Source: Eledone cirrhosa
Lineage: Eukaryota
DNA: 64,000 nt
Direction of reading: 5' to 3'
NCBI GenBank assembly: GCA_964016885.1
Contig: OZ024746.1
Span: forward strand, 48,484,001 to 48,548,000
In this document: positions 30,088-45,307 of the stretch, piece by piece
How the letters are laid out: the number at the start of each line of letters is the position of its first letter
Position numbering within the stretch: the stretch's first letter is position 1
Program-made: the position numbers and the translations under genes
Notes under the pieces: model-generated
What the model was told of the DNA's origin: nothing
The model's database searches: none
What the model saw: only the letters and a program-made list of their open reading frames with translations

Positions 30088-31042
30088 TTAGGGAGAAGTG
30101 TTTAGACGGGGTCCGTATTTGTTAATGAAGTAAGATTCCTTGCTGATGCGCTGGGTGTGGGTGGTATTATCTTTAAATTTGTAGAGGGGAAAGATTCTGA
30201 AGTTGGGATGATTTTGGGCGGCACAGGTGTCAATGTGTTCACTCAGTGGTATTTTCCTGTATTCCCGTATTTTAATTTGGGATCTATGGACAGTCATGCG
30301 TTGGCGGAGGCTGTTTTTGGTCTGGCCTATGTATTGTTCTCGACAACCTGAACAAGTTAATACATATATTAGATTTTCCGATGCACATATGAATTTGTGT
30401 TTTACTATAAAACGTTGTCCATCTTTGAAATAGAATTCCGAACCCTCTATTAGGTTGATGCAAATGCCACAGTTGGGTCTATCGCATTTTTTTACTGTGG
30501 GTTTCGTTGTTGTGGTTGGCAGTACTTTGGCATGTGTTAAGATGTTTTTCATTGACTTGGATTGTCTTTTGCTCTTTATGATATCGTGTGTTCGTAGAAT
30601 TTGGTTCATTCTATGGTCCTTTTCAATACAGGGATGTTCTGGAGGATGGTGTCAAAGGCCTCATTGTTGAGGGGGTTGTGTGTGGAGATGTATGGAAGAG
30701 TTTTTCGTTTTGTTGATTTACTTTAGGGTGTCTAAGGTCCTGGGTACTGAGTTTTAGGGCACGTTGGATTCCATTCTCAATTAGTGATGCAGGGTAGTCC
30801 CTGCCTATGAGTGTGTCTTTTAGTTCTTGTAGCCGTAAGTAGCAGATGTTTTTATTGGAGACTATAGTACAGATTCTCTTGGCTAAGTTGTAGGGAATAT
30901 TAATTTTAACGTGTCTAGGGTGGCAAGAGTTGAAGGGGAGATATTGCTTGGAGTCTGTGGGTTTGTAGTATATGTCTGTTTCTATTTTTTTGTTATGGAT
31001 CTTAATGAGGATGTCGAGGAAGGGGAGTTGTTGATGGCTGTA
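30088..31042 (-). pseudogene. Inverted duplicate of the PLE thumb/GIY-YIG coding region
   Basis: ORFs 30623..31069 and 30088..30609 are near-identical to parts of 32836..33798, with a frameshifting deletion near 30623. Confidence 0.9.
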
Positions 31043-31543
31043 AGAAGGAACAAAAACCCAAGAAATCATCTCCCCCAGAATGACATTTACAACTTTCCCC
31101 CTTCAAGGAGACACCATACCAAATCACTCAACTACTACGCGGATTCCTCATCGTCAAACATAGGGAAAAGATACCACCGCCATGATAGATGCAACAACTC
31201 TCCCGCTTCAAGGGGACAGCAAGGTAATTACCATTTTCTCAACTCTCACTTCCACAATACACAACAAACCCACACCACACGATACAACCAACAACGTAGG
31301 CCACTTATAACACCACAATACAACATGGCACATAGAAACACACCCATACTCGCAGTACAGGAACACCCCATTCAATCTACAACCACCAACCCGAACCACA
31401 TTTTACAACAACAAGGAATATAACAAACACAGGAGACCACTTAACATCAGCAGACAACCCCTCTACCCCAACCATTTTTTAGACACAGCACACAGATACA
31501 GGCAAACAAAATAACACAAGACAGGGAGGAGAAACCGATAGTA

Positions 31544-33798
31544 ATAAAAATTATCAATCTTACTAGTGCAGAACCAACACCCAACCTTATCAACTTACTC
31601 TCCAAAGGTCTTAAATTCACACCGACCCCACTACGTCCTAACTACTATGAAATGAAGGAAGACATCACAGACTTCTGTAGAAAGTTACGACTTAGTGAAC
31701 AACTATTCGACCAGTACAATGAGGATGAATCATTAGCCAGAAATAGAAGCAATTACACCCCTTCAAAAGGTAGAAATAAAATCCTGGACGAATTCTGTGA
31801 ACACATCACAAACTTCCCTTACCAACACTTGCACAGACAAAAACACAAGCCAAACCTCAACAAGAAAGAATGGGAAGAATTAAATAGATTAAAAACCGAC
31901 AGAACCATTACAATTAAAGAGGCTGATAAAGGGAGTACAGTAGTCCTAATGGAGACAGAATTCTATATCAACTTAGCGCTCTCCACTTTGGAAAACGAAA
32001 CATACTACGAAAAGGCTGAACACTACAATCAATAGAAAATTATGAGAAACCTAAAAACTCTAATCATCCAATACAAAGAAGGACTCACTAACAAGGAATT
32101 CAGCTTCATCACAGACTTCACAAGTAAATCCAGCCTTTTCTACGGTATCCCTAAAGTACATAAAAGCGAATCAATAAGTAAGGCATGCAAGGAAGCCACA
32201 GACATAGTCATCAATGTCCCTCACCCAATGATCTCAAATTAAGACCTATAATAGCAGGCCCCGCTTGCGAAACGCACCGTCTTAGCAACTTCATTGATAC
32301 CCTTCTCAAACCCTTCCTCAAGCACATCAAAAGCTATATAAGGGACGACCTAGATATGCTCAATCACCTCCCTAATATGCCACTTTCTGAACAAACCCTA
32401 CTAGTGACGTTCGATGTAGTCAACCCATACTCCAACATCCCCCACAACCTAGGAATAGAAGCTATCCAATTCTGGCTGGATAATTTCCACAATGAACTCC
32501 CACAACGCATCAAAAAAGAATTCGTGATAGAGGGACTCAAATTTATCTTGGAGAACAATTACTTCGTTTTCAATAACAAACCCTACAGGCAGAAATCTGG
32601 GACCGCTATGGGAACGAAAACAGCCACTACTTATGCCAACCTAGTCATAGGATACCTGGAAATCACCCTCTACACTAAAGTCCTAAATTAATTTGGAAAC
32701 ACCCTCCACTTACACATTGAAAGGAACTGGAAGCGATATCTAGATGACTGCTTCATCCTTTGGCACGAAAACATCGAAAAACTTAAAGAATTTCACACCC
32801 TTATAAATGGGCTCAACACAAATATTAACTTCACGATGGAATACAGCCATCAACAACTCCCCTTCCTCGACATCCTCATTAAGATCCATAACAAAAAAAT
32901 AGAAACAGACATATACTACAATCCCACAGACTCCAAGCAATATCTCCCCTTCAACTCTTGCCACCCTAGACACGTTAAAATTAATATTCCCTACAACTTA
33001 GCCAAGAGAATCTGTACTATAGTCTCCAATAAAAACATCTGCTACTTACGGCTACAAGAACTAAAGGACACACTCATAGGCAGGGACTACCCTGCATCAC
33101 TAATTGACAATGGAATCCAACGTGCCCTAAAACTCAGTACCCAGGACCTTAGACACCCTAAAGTAAATCAACCAAAACTAAAAGCTCTTCCATACATCTC
33201 CACATACAACCCCCTCAACAATGAGGCCTTTGACACCATCCTCCAGAACATCCCTGTATTGAAAAAGGACCATAGAATGAACCAAATTCTACGAACACAC
33301 GATATCATAAAGAGCAAAAGACAATCCAAGTCAATGAAAAACATCTTAACACATGCCAAAGTACTGCCAACCACAACAACGAAACCCACAGTAAAAAAAT
33401 GCGATAGACCCAACTGTGGCATTTGCATCAACCTAATAGAGGGTTCGTATTTCTATTTCAAAGATGGACAACGTTTTATAGTAAAACACAAATTCACATG
33501 TGCATCGGAAAATCTAATATATGTATTAACTTGTTCAGGTTGTCGAGAACAATACATAGGCCAGAACAAAAACAGCCTCCGCCAACGCATGACTGTCCAT
33601 AGATCCCAAATTAAAATACGGGAATACAGGAGAATACCACTGAGTGAACACATTGATACCTGTGCCGCCCAAAATCATCCCAACTTCAGAATCTTTCCCC
33701 TCTACAAATGTAAAGATAATGCCACCCACACCCAGCGCATCAGCAAGGAATCTTACTTCATTAACAAATACGGACCCCGTCTAAACACTTCTCCCTAA
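31544..33798 (+). pseudogene. PLE polyprotein (N-terminal domain, RT, Cys-rich linker, GIY-YIG endonuclease), disrupted
   Basis: Motifs INLTS...LLSKGLKFTPTP, KEADKG, YGIPKVHK, RPIIAG, TFDVVNPYSNIP, GTAMGT, WKRYLDD, LPFLD, CDRPNCGIC and NLIYVLTCSGCREQYIGQ. Stops at 32033 and 32689, frameshift near 32220. The Cys-rich linker suggests the Neptune clade. Confidence 0.92.
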
Positions 33799-34333
33799 GA
33801 CGAACCCACAACATACACACGTCAACATACATACCTACATCAGCACACATCTCTACCCACATATAAACACAATGACACACGTAAACACACATGCTATATG
33901 GTGCAATACAAAAAAATATATGTGCATATATATGTATGTATATATGTATATATATATATATATATGTAGTGAATATATGTATGTGTATATATATATAGTG
34001 AATATCATTTCACACCTTTTATTGTTAAGATTTTTGATGTTCTATTAAGAGAACCGATTTTACTGAAAAAATCGAATAATGTACACCATTTTACCAGGGG
34101 GAAAAAAATACTGGTCCACCCACCCACCCACCCACACACACACACACACACATATATACACAAACACATACACACGCGTACATCAACATACAAAGAGACT
34201 TATATACACACACACACACGCACTTCTCCGAATAAGACAAAAGCTGAAAAATATCTTTTGACATGCTAAAATACCCCCCATTGCTTTCAGACACATTCTT
34301 ACTGACCATCCCTGCCACCACGAATTACTCTGC

Positions 34334-34388
<55 letters not shown>

Positions 34389-34903
34389 ATCTTAATAGCC
34401 ATTTGACACACATCGCTGCTGGCCATTGTCGCAGCATCGAACACCTTACTACTACTACTACACACACACACACACACACACACATACACCCCACCCCACA
34501 CACACATATTTGTTGTGAAAGAGAAAATTGTTTTGACCAAGAATTTTTGCTGGAGCCACTTTTTTTACATAAAAACAGTCTTGGCGCAAAATCAACTTTT
34601 TACATTCACATGACCTCTACCGACCAATCAAAATTGTTTTGCAACACAAAAATAACGCTGGAGCCACTTTTTTAACATAAAAACAGGTAGAATTCCCAAA
34701 ACTAATCAGATCAGAGCAAACAGCACGGACACTCTATCTCAAAATTATTTTGAAATAGATATTTAGAAATGCGCAACCGGTAAAAACTTAAAAACTTAAA
34801 ACCACAACTGAATACTAACCCATACAATCACTAATACTCTTTTATTCCTAATTAAACCATTTTTCAACTGTGAACAATTTGTCAGCATTTTCTATTCCGC
34901 TTA

Positions 34904-34946
<43 letters not shown>

Positions 34947-35017
34947 GAGTAGGACTCCGACGGCTGAGCTCAAGTCGTTTCGACGGCTAATTCTGGCCTC
35001 AGAAACATTTCCTTCGT

Positions 35018-35069
<52 letters not shown>

Positions 35070-36473
35070 CAAACAAACAAAATTACTACTAATACTACTA
35101 CTACTACTGGTCGTAATGATAATTTGTATGTTGGTCAAAGCCATTCACCACATGTAATAGAAATCATTTTATAACAAAAATATTATAAATTATATAAAAA
35201 CTAATCAAATAAAATATTTCGACATGTTTGGTGATACACATAATGATCGGAGGATGTGCAGAACGTAATACGAAGTAAAGAAATATTAAAAGTTCATTGA
35301 CAATATTCACATACACTCAAACAAAGGCTTCCACAAAGCAGTTGTATCCGTCACCTACTGAGGTATAAGACATTCCAAGATCTCGTCCTCGTTACATCCA
35401 GACACTTGTTCTTTCTCAATCGCAACATCTCGACTAACTTCTTATACTTCTAAGGTTGTCCCTTGCACTACCGTTTCATCAAATGGACTAGTGGATAAAA
35501 CATTCCTCTCTCGTCGTCTTACATTCCGCTTCAAGTAATACCGGAAAATGATTATGTCATCAACTATTTCAAGTATGTCAGCCTCTTTCGCCATAGAAAT
35601 CAGATAGAGGGAAACTTCCAACTTTGTTTCACTGAGGGGAAGGCAGTGGCAGTGAGGGATATCTTTAACAGAGACACGGCAGAGCGATATCTTTACCAGA
35701 GACACCACCGAGAGCTGGATAAGCCTCACACGTGCTACAATATAGCTCTACAGTTCAGTAATATTCAGACACCGAAGGATTGCGTAGACAATGGCTTTGT
35801 TGCTCTACAGCGCATATCTGGAACAAGCCTGATCAAAGATATTTCTACACCTGCAAAGCTCATCTCAAACTATGCCACATGTGAAAGTTATTTATAGTCC
35901 CTGGGACAAACGTTCTCCGAAATAATCTCCTTAGCAAGGAAACAAATCAGACACATATAAATAGAACAAGCGACCAACTAGTGACAAGTAAATAAACGTA
36001 TAAATAAAAATAAAACACATCCATACCCGTTTATAACGCCTGCGCAATCTAAATTCACAGTGCACAGCTCACAAAAACAAGATGGTGTAGGACAGAGCAA
36101 AGAGAGCCACAAAATAGCAAATTAGTCCGTGGGGAATTCACAGAATGTGTGACGAAATAGGTTTGACAATAAACAAACAACCATCCGGTTATTAAACCAA
36201 CCTATTGGAAATTTGTAATAAATTGAAGTAGGTGTGTGTGTCTGTATGTGTACATATATAAGAAAGCACAATCAGGTGCAATTTCTTCATTTACTTACTA
36301 TATATTTTCTGCCCTATTTTGCCCCCCATTACACATTTCAATCCCCTTTTCTTGCCGTCATTCTGTTCAATATGTATAATGTTTTCACATACGGTCTATC
36401 ACCTTAACGCTGAAGGAAAATAATTGAACACTTCTCCGCTAATATATAAGTCAATATATAAACATAGTCTAGT

Positions 36474-36554
<81 letters not shown>

Positions 36555-36727
36555 TTTATTAAAATAACAGATTAAAGTTTAAGCAAAGAATCGCTGCTTT
36601 CACCCTTAACGGGATCTTCTAGTTTCAGTTATTTTAATAAATATTTGCTCTACGGTTCTTATATATTTGATATATATTTATCCTTATCGAGCCCTCTTTG
36701 GATTTTAGTCTTCAAATTTATTATTAT

Positions 36728-36768
<41 letters not shown>

Positions 36769-36769
<1 letters not shown>

Positions 36770-36932
36770 TGTAAAATTACGTTATAACGAAATTCACGGG
36801 GTATAAAAAAAATTCGTTGTACCGGAAAATTCTTTATACCTAACACATCGAGCGTATAACCGGGGATTGAAAACAATTCGTTATACTGAAAAATTCGTTA
36901 TAATGGTATTCGTCATAACATAATTTTACCGG
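36769..36932. mobile_element. Tigger/pogo-type MITE inserted in (TA)n
   Basis: TIRs CTGTAAAATTACGTTATAACGAA and TTCGTCATAACATAATTTTACCG, internal TTCGTTATA sub-repeats and TA flanks. Confidence 0.65.
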
Positions 36933-36964
<32 letters not shown>

Positions 36965-37214
36965 CACACACATGTATATTCAATATATATATAAATACAT
37001 ATATATGTGCTTATATATATATGTATATATAGACCCACCCGCACATACATATACATACAAACATATATATATTGATTATGTATATTGGTATATATATATA
37101 TATATTAGTTTTGCGAGGTTTTTAATATGAAATCGTGTGTCGAAACAAATATTGTTATACTTGGGGAGGGTCATATTTGTGTAATATTGCTAGAATTAAT
37201 AACAGAACACAATC

Positions 37215-38571
37215 ACTGTTTAGTTGGGGCTAGTATCAAAACTAACATAAAGGGCCACATATTCAAGTTTAAGGAGAAGATCTACACCCAAAATGAGGGA
37301 GCAGCCATTGGCGTCAGCATAGTTGGTGACGTTGCCAACCTTTTTATGGTATGGTGGGAAAGGAGACATAAAGATCTCCTTGATGAGAGCTCCATAGACC
37401 TCATCATGTACTCTCGTTACGTAGACGATATCAATATAGTAATAAGAACATCCCCACAAGAGAGCACTAACAAGTTTGATTTAGAACGTAGCACAATGGA
37501 AAGCATCCAGCAGATAGCTAATTCCATACACCAGAGTATAACTGTAACTATCGACTTCCCTTCCAAACACCCTAACAATAGACTACCTATATTAGACACG
37601 GAACTCTGAATTAACACTATAGACGAGAGAGCCCAAATTCTCCACTAACACTATGCTAAACCCATGGCATCCAAATACCTGATACTCAAAAACTCAGCAA
37701 TGTCCAGTAGTGCTAAGTTTAATATTCTGATCGCAGACTTGGTACGAGTGATGAAGAACGTGTCCCGCATGTGCGACCCAACAGAAATGGAAAGACACAT
37801 CCAACACTTCATCAACCGCATGCAGTTCTCTGGCTACAACCAAAGAGACAGAATCAGAGTATACGAAGGAGCCACGAAGAAGTATAAGACCCTCATAGAA
37901 CTGGACATGAAAGGAATTTGCCCATTATACAGGAGCAAATCATGGAATAGCTTAGATAGGGCTAGACATAAGATAGGGTAAGCCAACTCATGGTACGACA
38001 ACCAGAGATACCAGAGTGTCATGTTTGTGGACGCTACCCCTGGAGGGAAATTAGCTAACCTGTGTAGAAAGGCCCTGAGAAAGACCCACTTAAAGATTAA
38101 GGTGGTAGAAAAGCCAGGAACCACCATAAAATCCCTAATCAGCAAAACCTACCCTTTTAAGAAAACCCACTGTACTAATAGGAAATGTATCATATGTAAA
38201 GTAAACCCCGGATAAACTGTAAAACTAGAAACGTAGTCTATAGCATAAGATGTACAGAGGGTACTTACATAAACATGACAACAACATACATAGGCGAGAC
38301 AGCTCGTAGCATAGTTGAAAGGATAGACCAACACTGGGGGGAACTAAAAGGACGAAAAAACGGTTCAGTACTATACGAACATGCCAGACAACAACACGAC
38401 GGTAACATAGACAACATAGAAATTAGAATAATATCTAAACATACAAATGACCCAGCAGATAGGCAAATCAGAGAGGCCATTGAAATAGAACTTAGAAGGC
38501 CAAGGCTAAACAGAAAAAATGAATGGAATAACAACACCCAAACAAACAACACTGACCTAAGAGAAGTATAA
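37215..38571 (+). pseudogene. PLE RT C-half plus GIY-YIG endonuclease, disrupted
   Basis: QNEGAAIG, YSRYVDD, LPILD, RMQFSGY, PLYR, CTNRKCIIC, NVVYSIRC, YIGETARS and RQIREAIEI...LN, with several stops and frameshifts. Confidence 0.88.
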
Positions 38572-38834
38572 ATAAATAAATAAATAAATAGATAAATAAA
38601 TAAATACATACACAAGCACAATAACAACAAACACATATAAACACACAGTAGTAAAGATAGAATACATTAACCAATACACAGTCACCCAATCATGAACACA
38701 CATCAAACAAAACACTATACACACACGCAAAGGCATGTGCAAAGAAGAAAAAAAACCCAACAAATAAATAAATATATAAACAGACTAAATAAAGATGGCG
38801 TGGAAAATACAATGCAACGGGAGGAAACAATAGC

Positions 38835-38876
38835 ACCAGTGACGATGTTGCAGATGTGCAACGAAAGAACTTTGAT
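38835..38876 (+). ncRNA. Minimal hammerhead in the pLTR, C3 mutated
   Basis: ACCA GUGACGA U GUUGCA-gaug-UGCAAC GAAA GAAC UU^UGAU. The inverted copy at 39282-39323 retains CUGACGA. Confidence 0.55.
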
Positions 38877-39043
38877 AGACTATATATATGTGTTCGTGTC
38901 TATATTGTATCTGTATTTTTGATCGTTGGTCAGTCAATGGCAACATTGGGGACCGAATAAATTAAATTAACCGATATAAAAGACACAGAAGCGAAAAGCG
39001 AAAACCAACCAAACAGTGAGTGTGTTCTGTTATTAATTCTGGC

Positions 39044-39077
<34 letters not shown>

Positions 39078-39082
<5 letters not shown>

Positions 39083-39550
39083 ATACTTGGGGAGGGTCAT
39101 ATTTGTGTAATATTGCCAGAATTAATAACAGAACACTCGCGGTTTGGTTGGTTTTCGCTTTTCGCTTCTGTGTCTTTTATATCGGTAATCTAATTTATTC
39201 GGTCCTCAATGTTGCCATTGACTGACCGACGGTCAAAAATAATACAGATACAATATAGACACAAACACATATATATAGTTTATCAAAGTTCTTTCGTTGC
39301 ACATCTGCAACATCGTCAGTCGGGCTATTGTTTCCTCCCGTTACATTGTATGTCTACGCCATTTTTATTTAGTCTGTCTATATATTTATTTATTTATTTG
39401 TTTGTTTGTTTATTTTATTTTGTCTTCTTTGCGCATGCAGTGAGTGTGTTCTGTTATTAATTCTGGCAATATTACACAAATATGACCCTCCCCAAGTATA
39501 ACAATATTTGTTTCGACACGATTTCATATAAAAAACCTCGCAAAACTAAT
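39078..39550. mobile_element. Solo inverted pLTR plus forward extension of PLE lineage 2
   Basis: 39078-39440 mirrors the pLTR at about 38730-39045. 39441-39550 holds the ATG of MTLPKYNN. Flanked by (TA)n. Confidence 0.8.
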
Positions 39551-39559
39551 TCATCGCCG

Positions 39560-39637
<78 letters not shown>

Positions 39638-40069
39638 ATACACGAATATTCAGTTTTTATTGAAAGAATATACTTAGCGTCTGTCTTCCAATTAATTTTT
39701 CTACAATTTAGAAAAGTCTTATTTTTGAATCTCTGTGTGTCTATGTACGTAGCTGCTGTTCTTCGAACAGTTGAACAAGAATAGTTATTTGTGACTAGAG
39801 GGGACTCATAATTCTATATATTCTATATTATTATATTAGTGTTATGTGATGAGAATGAACGAGAACGGGAGAGGGATGGGCGGAGGAGAAAATGGGAGAG
39901 AGACCGTGAGTATTGAAAGGGAATGGCTTATATATATCTATATATATATATATACAGGTAAATGGAGAGAGCGGGGGAGGGAGAGAGAGAGAGAGGGAGA
40001 GGGGGAGAGAGAGAGATAGAGATGGAGGTAGAGAGATTAGAAAAGTAAAGGAAGAGAGAAGAAATATAT

Positions 40070-40120
<51 letters not shown>

Positions 40121-41229
40121 AGAGAGCGAGGGAGAGAGGGAGAGAGGACAGAGAGCAGAGAAAAGGATGGATAGATAGAGTGAGAATTATAGAAATAGAC
40201 GGTATTGGAGTCCATATAAATATCCGTGTGTTGCTGAATGTCTAAAATGCGCGTGTGGTTTCCAATTAAATTCCTGTAGACTAACTGTCGAAGCCATATT
40301 ACTATCAAGTTTCCCAGTCATTTGAATATTGGATATCACCAAATAGAATATAGATCTTCACTTAATGTAAGTCAATAAATCTGTGTTCGGATATTCTAAT
40401 ATTGTTTAAGATCTGAAGATATTTTCATTATGCCCATTACATGCATACATCCATCCGTCCACATATACATACATACATACATACATACATGGTGGCTGCC
40501 AACTTGTTTTCGAGTAGGGCCACTACTTTATATCCATGTAGGAGAACCCCTACTGATGCGCTGAACAAGTGTGACTTTTTAGTCCAGCCAGCGACTTGAA
40601 AACTCTGGTACAAACACTACAGTTGTGACAATTACTGACACATAGTGCTGGGCCCATGGTACCATGTGATGACAAGTGCAGAGAGATCTCCAGATATAAA
40701 GCAATGCCTGTGCTGTGAAGCTTTTATAGTGAGCAAAGGCACTGCACAAAGCCAGTCCCACTCTCTTAACCAAGATGATATTTACCAAAAAGAAGAACAA
40801 GTCAACATCATTAGATACCATCAGGGTTGCAGGTGTTATATCAGAGTTTTCCTTCTCCTAGAATTCTGCCTTGACAAAGGCTAAGGGGTCATCTCTCCCG
40901 GATATTTTGGATGGCCATTGTCTCTTAAGACCCCCTTTGCCCTTTGACAGGTTTTGTTTTTAGTCCTGCAGGATGTCCAAAGTCACCATCCTCACCAAGA
41001 AACCTTGGTGAGGAGGGTGACTTACATACATACATACATACATAAATGATGCTTAAGCAGAAGGATGTTTGTAATATACGCCACCACCACAATATTCGAC
41101 CAGGCAGTACTATTCTACAACTAACTACAACCGTGTTCAAAGAAAAATCAGAATTTGCATCTTTAACCAAACAAAGCCAGTCACAAATAGAACTAGTAAA
41201 AGAAACTTCATCGAGTTCACTGTCTTTGG

Positions 41230-41800
41230 TTGTTTAAATATTGTGACAATTGTGGCACAAAATTTCTAACATTAATCGCAGAAGACCTAGCAAACAATCA
41301 TAGGTCTAATGCAGTTTACAACAGAAGCAACGTAAATGTTAGCTACAGCTGCAAAAGAACCTCCAGATATGCCACCTAAACTATAAACAAGCAAATGTCT
41401 AGAAACTCCCAGACCATAACCGGAAGTAGATGGGACTGCAATATATCGAAATTACACCTATAAACGAAAATCGTATAAGACAGTGAATGATGTACTCTAC
41501 ACAGCAATACGAATGTGCGGAAAATAAGTAATAAAATCTATTTTGGAGCAACGGATCGGACGTTCAAATATGATATGATTAAATATATCAGGAAAAACAA
41601 AATGTTTATTGAATTAACCTACGAAAGGGACTGTTAATATACAGATGCCGGGCTCAAATATCAAAACACTATAGAGCTAAAAATGTTAATGTTTTAATGT
41701 TATTAGACAGATTCCTCACAGTCAAAGCCGATCTCAATATTATAATAATTTAGTGAAATTTGAGATAATAAAAACTGAACCTATAGAATCATACTACAAA
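41230..41800 (+). pseudogene. Highly degraded Naiad-like PLE C-terminal remnant
   Basis: Fragments KFLTLI, NVSYSC and YFGATDRTFK parallel IFFRLI, KLSYST and YIGLTACDFK in the 46706..48163 ORF. Confidence 0.35.
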
Positions 41801-41850
41801 TAAAAAGCTAAAACATTTCAATAATCAGAATGATACTTACCGAACAAAAA

Positions 41851-42039
41851 ATTGTTTCTACTTTTGGCACAAGGCCAGCAATTACCCAGTGCATTACTGG
41901 TACTTTATTTTATCGACCCCGGAAGGATGAAAGGCAAAGTTAACCTCGGCGGGATTTGAACTCAGATCATAAAGGACCGTAACTCTATGCTACAAAGCAT
42001 GGCGGCCGGCCCTCTACCGATACTGCCAATGCACCGCCC
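41851..42039 (-). mobile_element. SINE A, full length
   Basis: Reverse complement of the consensus. Confidence 0.9.
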
Positions 42040-42386
42040 TAAATGCAACCCAAAATAATATTCAGCGACTAGCTGCTAAAATTGTTAGTTACACACAGAT
42101 GTAGAATATCACTTGAGTTTATATAAACCAGTCTAAAATATCGGAAGCAATGGTGAGAACAAAAAAAAAACACTTTAAATAAACAATATATTTTATATCA
42201 TATATTGAGTAATCTCTCTCATTTCTTTTAAAACTGTAACATTAAAATGCATGAATATATATATATATATATGTATATTTAATTACACTCTCAAATACAT
42301 ACACACATTAACTACAGTGATATAGTGCAGATAATGGTTATAGAGCTTTAAAAATATTCACACACACAAATACATACATATATACG

Positions 42387-43204
<818 letters not shown>

Positions 43205-43208
<4 letters not shown>

Positions 43209-43383
43209 GTGAGGTGGCGAGCGCCTCGGGCGTATGTATCAGTATGTTTATGCAGGGATTAAATTCACCTATTTAAAACCAATTACTTATTCATTTATAC
43301 AAAAATATGGGTGTTAGGCGTTTGGTAATATGATGGGCAAAGGTAAAGAAAGTGAGAGAGCTAGGAAGAATGAGCGAACTAGT

Positions 43384-43441
<58 letters not shown>

Positions 43442-43483
43442 TCTTTTACCTGTTTCAGCCATCCGGCCGAGGCCATGCTGGGG

Positions 43484-43546
<63 letters not shown>

Positions 43547-44125
43547 GTTATATATTTAAGCAGATATTTTTATAACTGATATAAAGCACTCAACAAATTT
43601 TTGGAGTAAAAATACAAATAGAAATTATATTTATAAAACCATATTTATTTCATTATACATATTTCAAGGACACCAAAGCAAATTATGGTGCGCTTTCATC
43701 ATATAAAATATAATATAGATCAGTTTTATAAACAAATATTGACATACCCTTAAAGAATGCAACCATGTCGGTTGGAAGCTCCCGGATATTTGTTTATAAA
43801 ACTGATCTATATTATATTTTATCTGATGAAAGCGCACCATAATTTGCTTTGGTGTCCTTGAAATATGTATAATGAAATAAATATTGTTTTATAAATATAG
43901 TTTCCATTTGTTAATATATTGTATATATATATATATATCAATTGCAATGGATTTATATATATATATATATAGTTCATTTTTCAAAGCTCTCTCACTTTCT
44001 TTTCCGCTGCCCATCATACCCATATTTTGTATACATGAATAAGTAAATGGTTTTAAATAAGTGAATTTAATCCCTGCATAAACATATATATACATACTCC
44101 CGAGGCGCACGCCACCTCGCATTTG
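43205..44125. repeat. Two nested inverted-repeat pairs
   Basis: About 43208-43380 mirrors 43970-44122 (diverged), and about 43620-43740 mirrors 43786-43905 (near-identical). Confidence 0.75.
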
Positions 44126-44503
44126 CAATGTTTTCATTATTACGAACAAGGACGAATTACAAAAAAGATAGTGAGAATACATGAAGTACCAATTGAAGCA
44201 TAAAGCAACTAAAACAATATTGATAAACATTACCATATATTTATAATAAGTTGTACACGTGTGACACACGGACACACACACACATGGGTTAAACATGTAT
44301 GAAAATAATATCTACATTCAAATACATTGATAAAGCGTTCATTGTATATAACCACACTGGGATTCATTATAACACGTAAACTCTTTCGTCCCAAACATGT
44401 TTATATAAGTAATACAAATACACATATTATTGGGTTGATCTTTCTTTTGCTCTCTTTCTCTCTTTTATCGTACATATATATATATGTATATATATATAGT
44501 TAT

Positions 44504-44669
<166 letters not shown>

Positions 44670-45039
44670 GCACATTTAGAAGAAATACTTTGCAGCATTG
44701 GAAGATTCTGAAAAATAGAATTGGAGACGGAATGATAGGATATAAAAGAAACAAAAACACTTCCGATCTTCAGTTATGTGTTTAGTGAGCAGATCCCCCA
44801 AGACATTACAGATACTAAAGAATATCAATATTTTCAGTACATTAATGGTGATAAATACGACGCTTAGTATACACCACAGCAGCTGTGAAAATTATAACAC
44901 CAATTGTTCGGAAGCTAACAGGAAAAAGAGTGAGTAACGATGCAAAATAGATTAGTCACTGCCTAGGAACGAATAAACGTTTGAATACACTAGACCTTTA
45001 ACAGGATATATATATATAGCAGGATATATATATATATAG

Positions 45040-45307
<268 letters not shown>

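Larger units (their letters stand above)
28823..34910 (+). mobile_element. Neptune-like Penelope element with inverted 3'-terminal duplication at its 5' side
   Basis: 28823-31042 is the reverse complement of 32842-34910. A plus-strand RT-GIY-YIG ORF follows the left arm and runs through the right arm. Both ends lie in (TA)n. Confidence 0.9.
37105..39050 (+). mobile_element. 5'-truncated Penelope-like element, second lineage
   Basis: Inverted terminal extension at 37105-37210, RT-EN remnant, then a 3' pLTR with an HHR ending in (TA)n. Confidence 0.85.

Noticed and set aside
37607-37609. TGA readthrough in PLE lineage 2
   Set aside because: The position fits a Trp (TGG to TGA), and the copy has other TAA stops and frameshifts, so this is ordinary decay.
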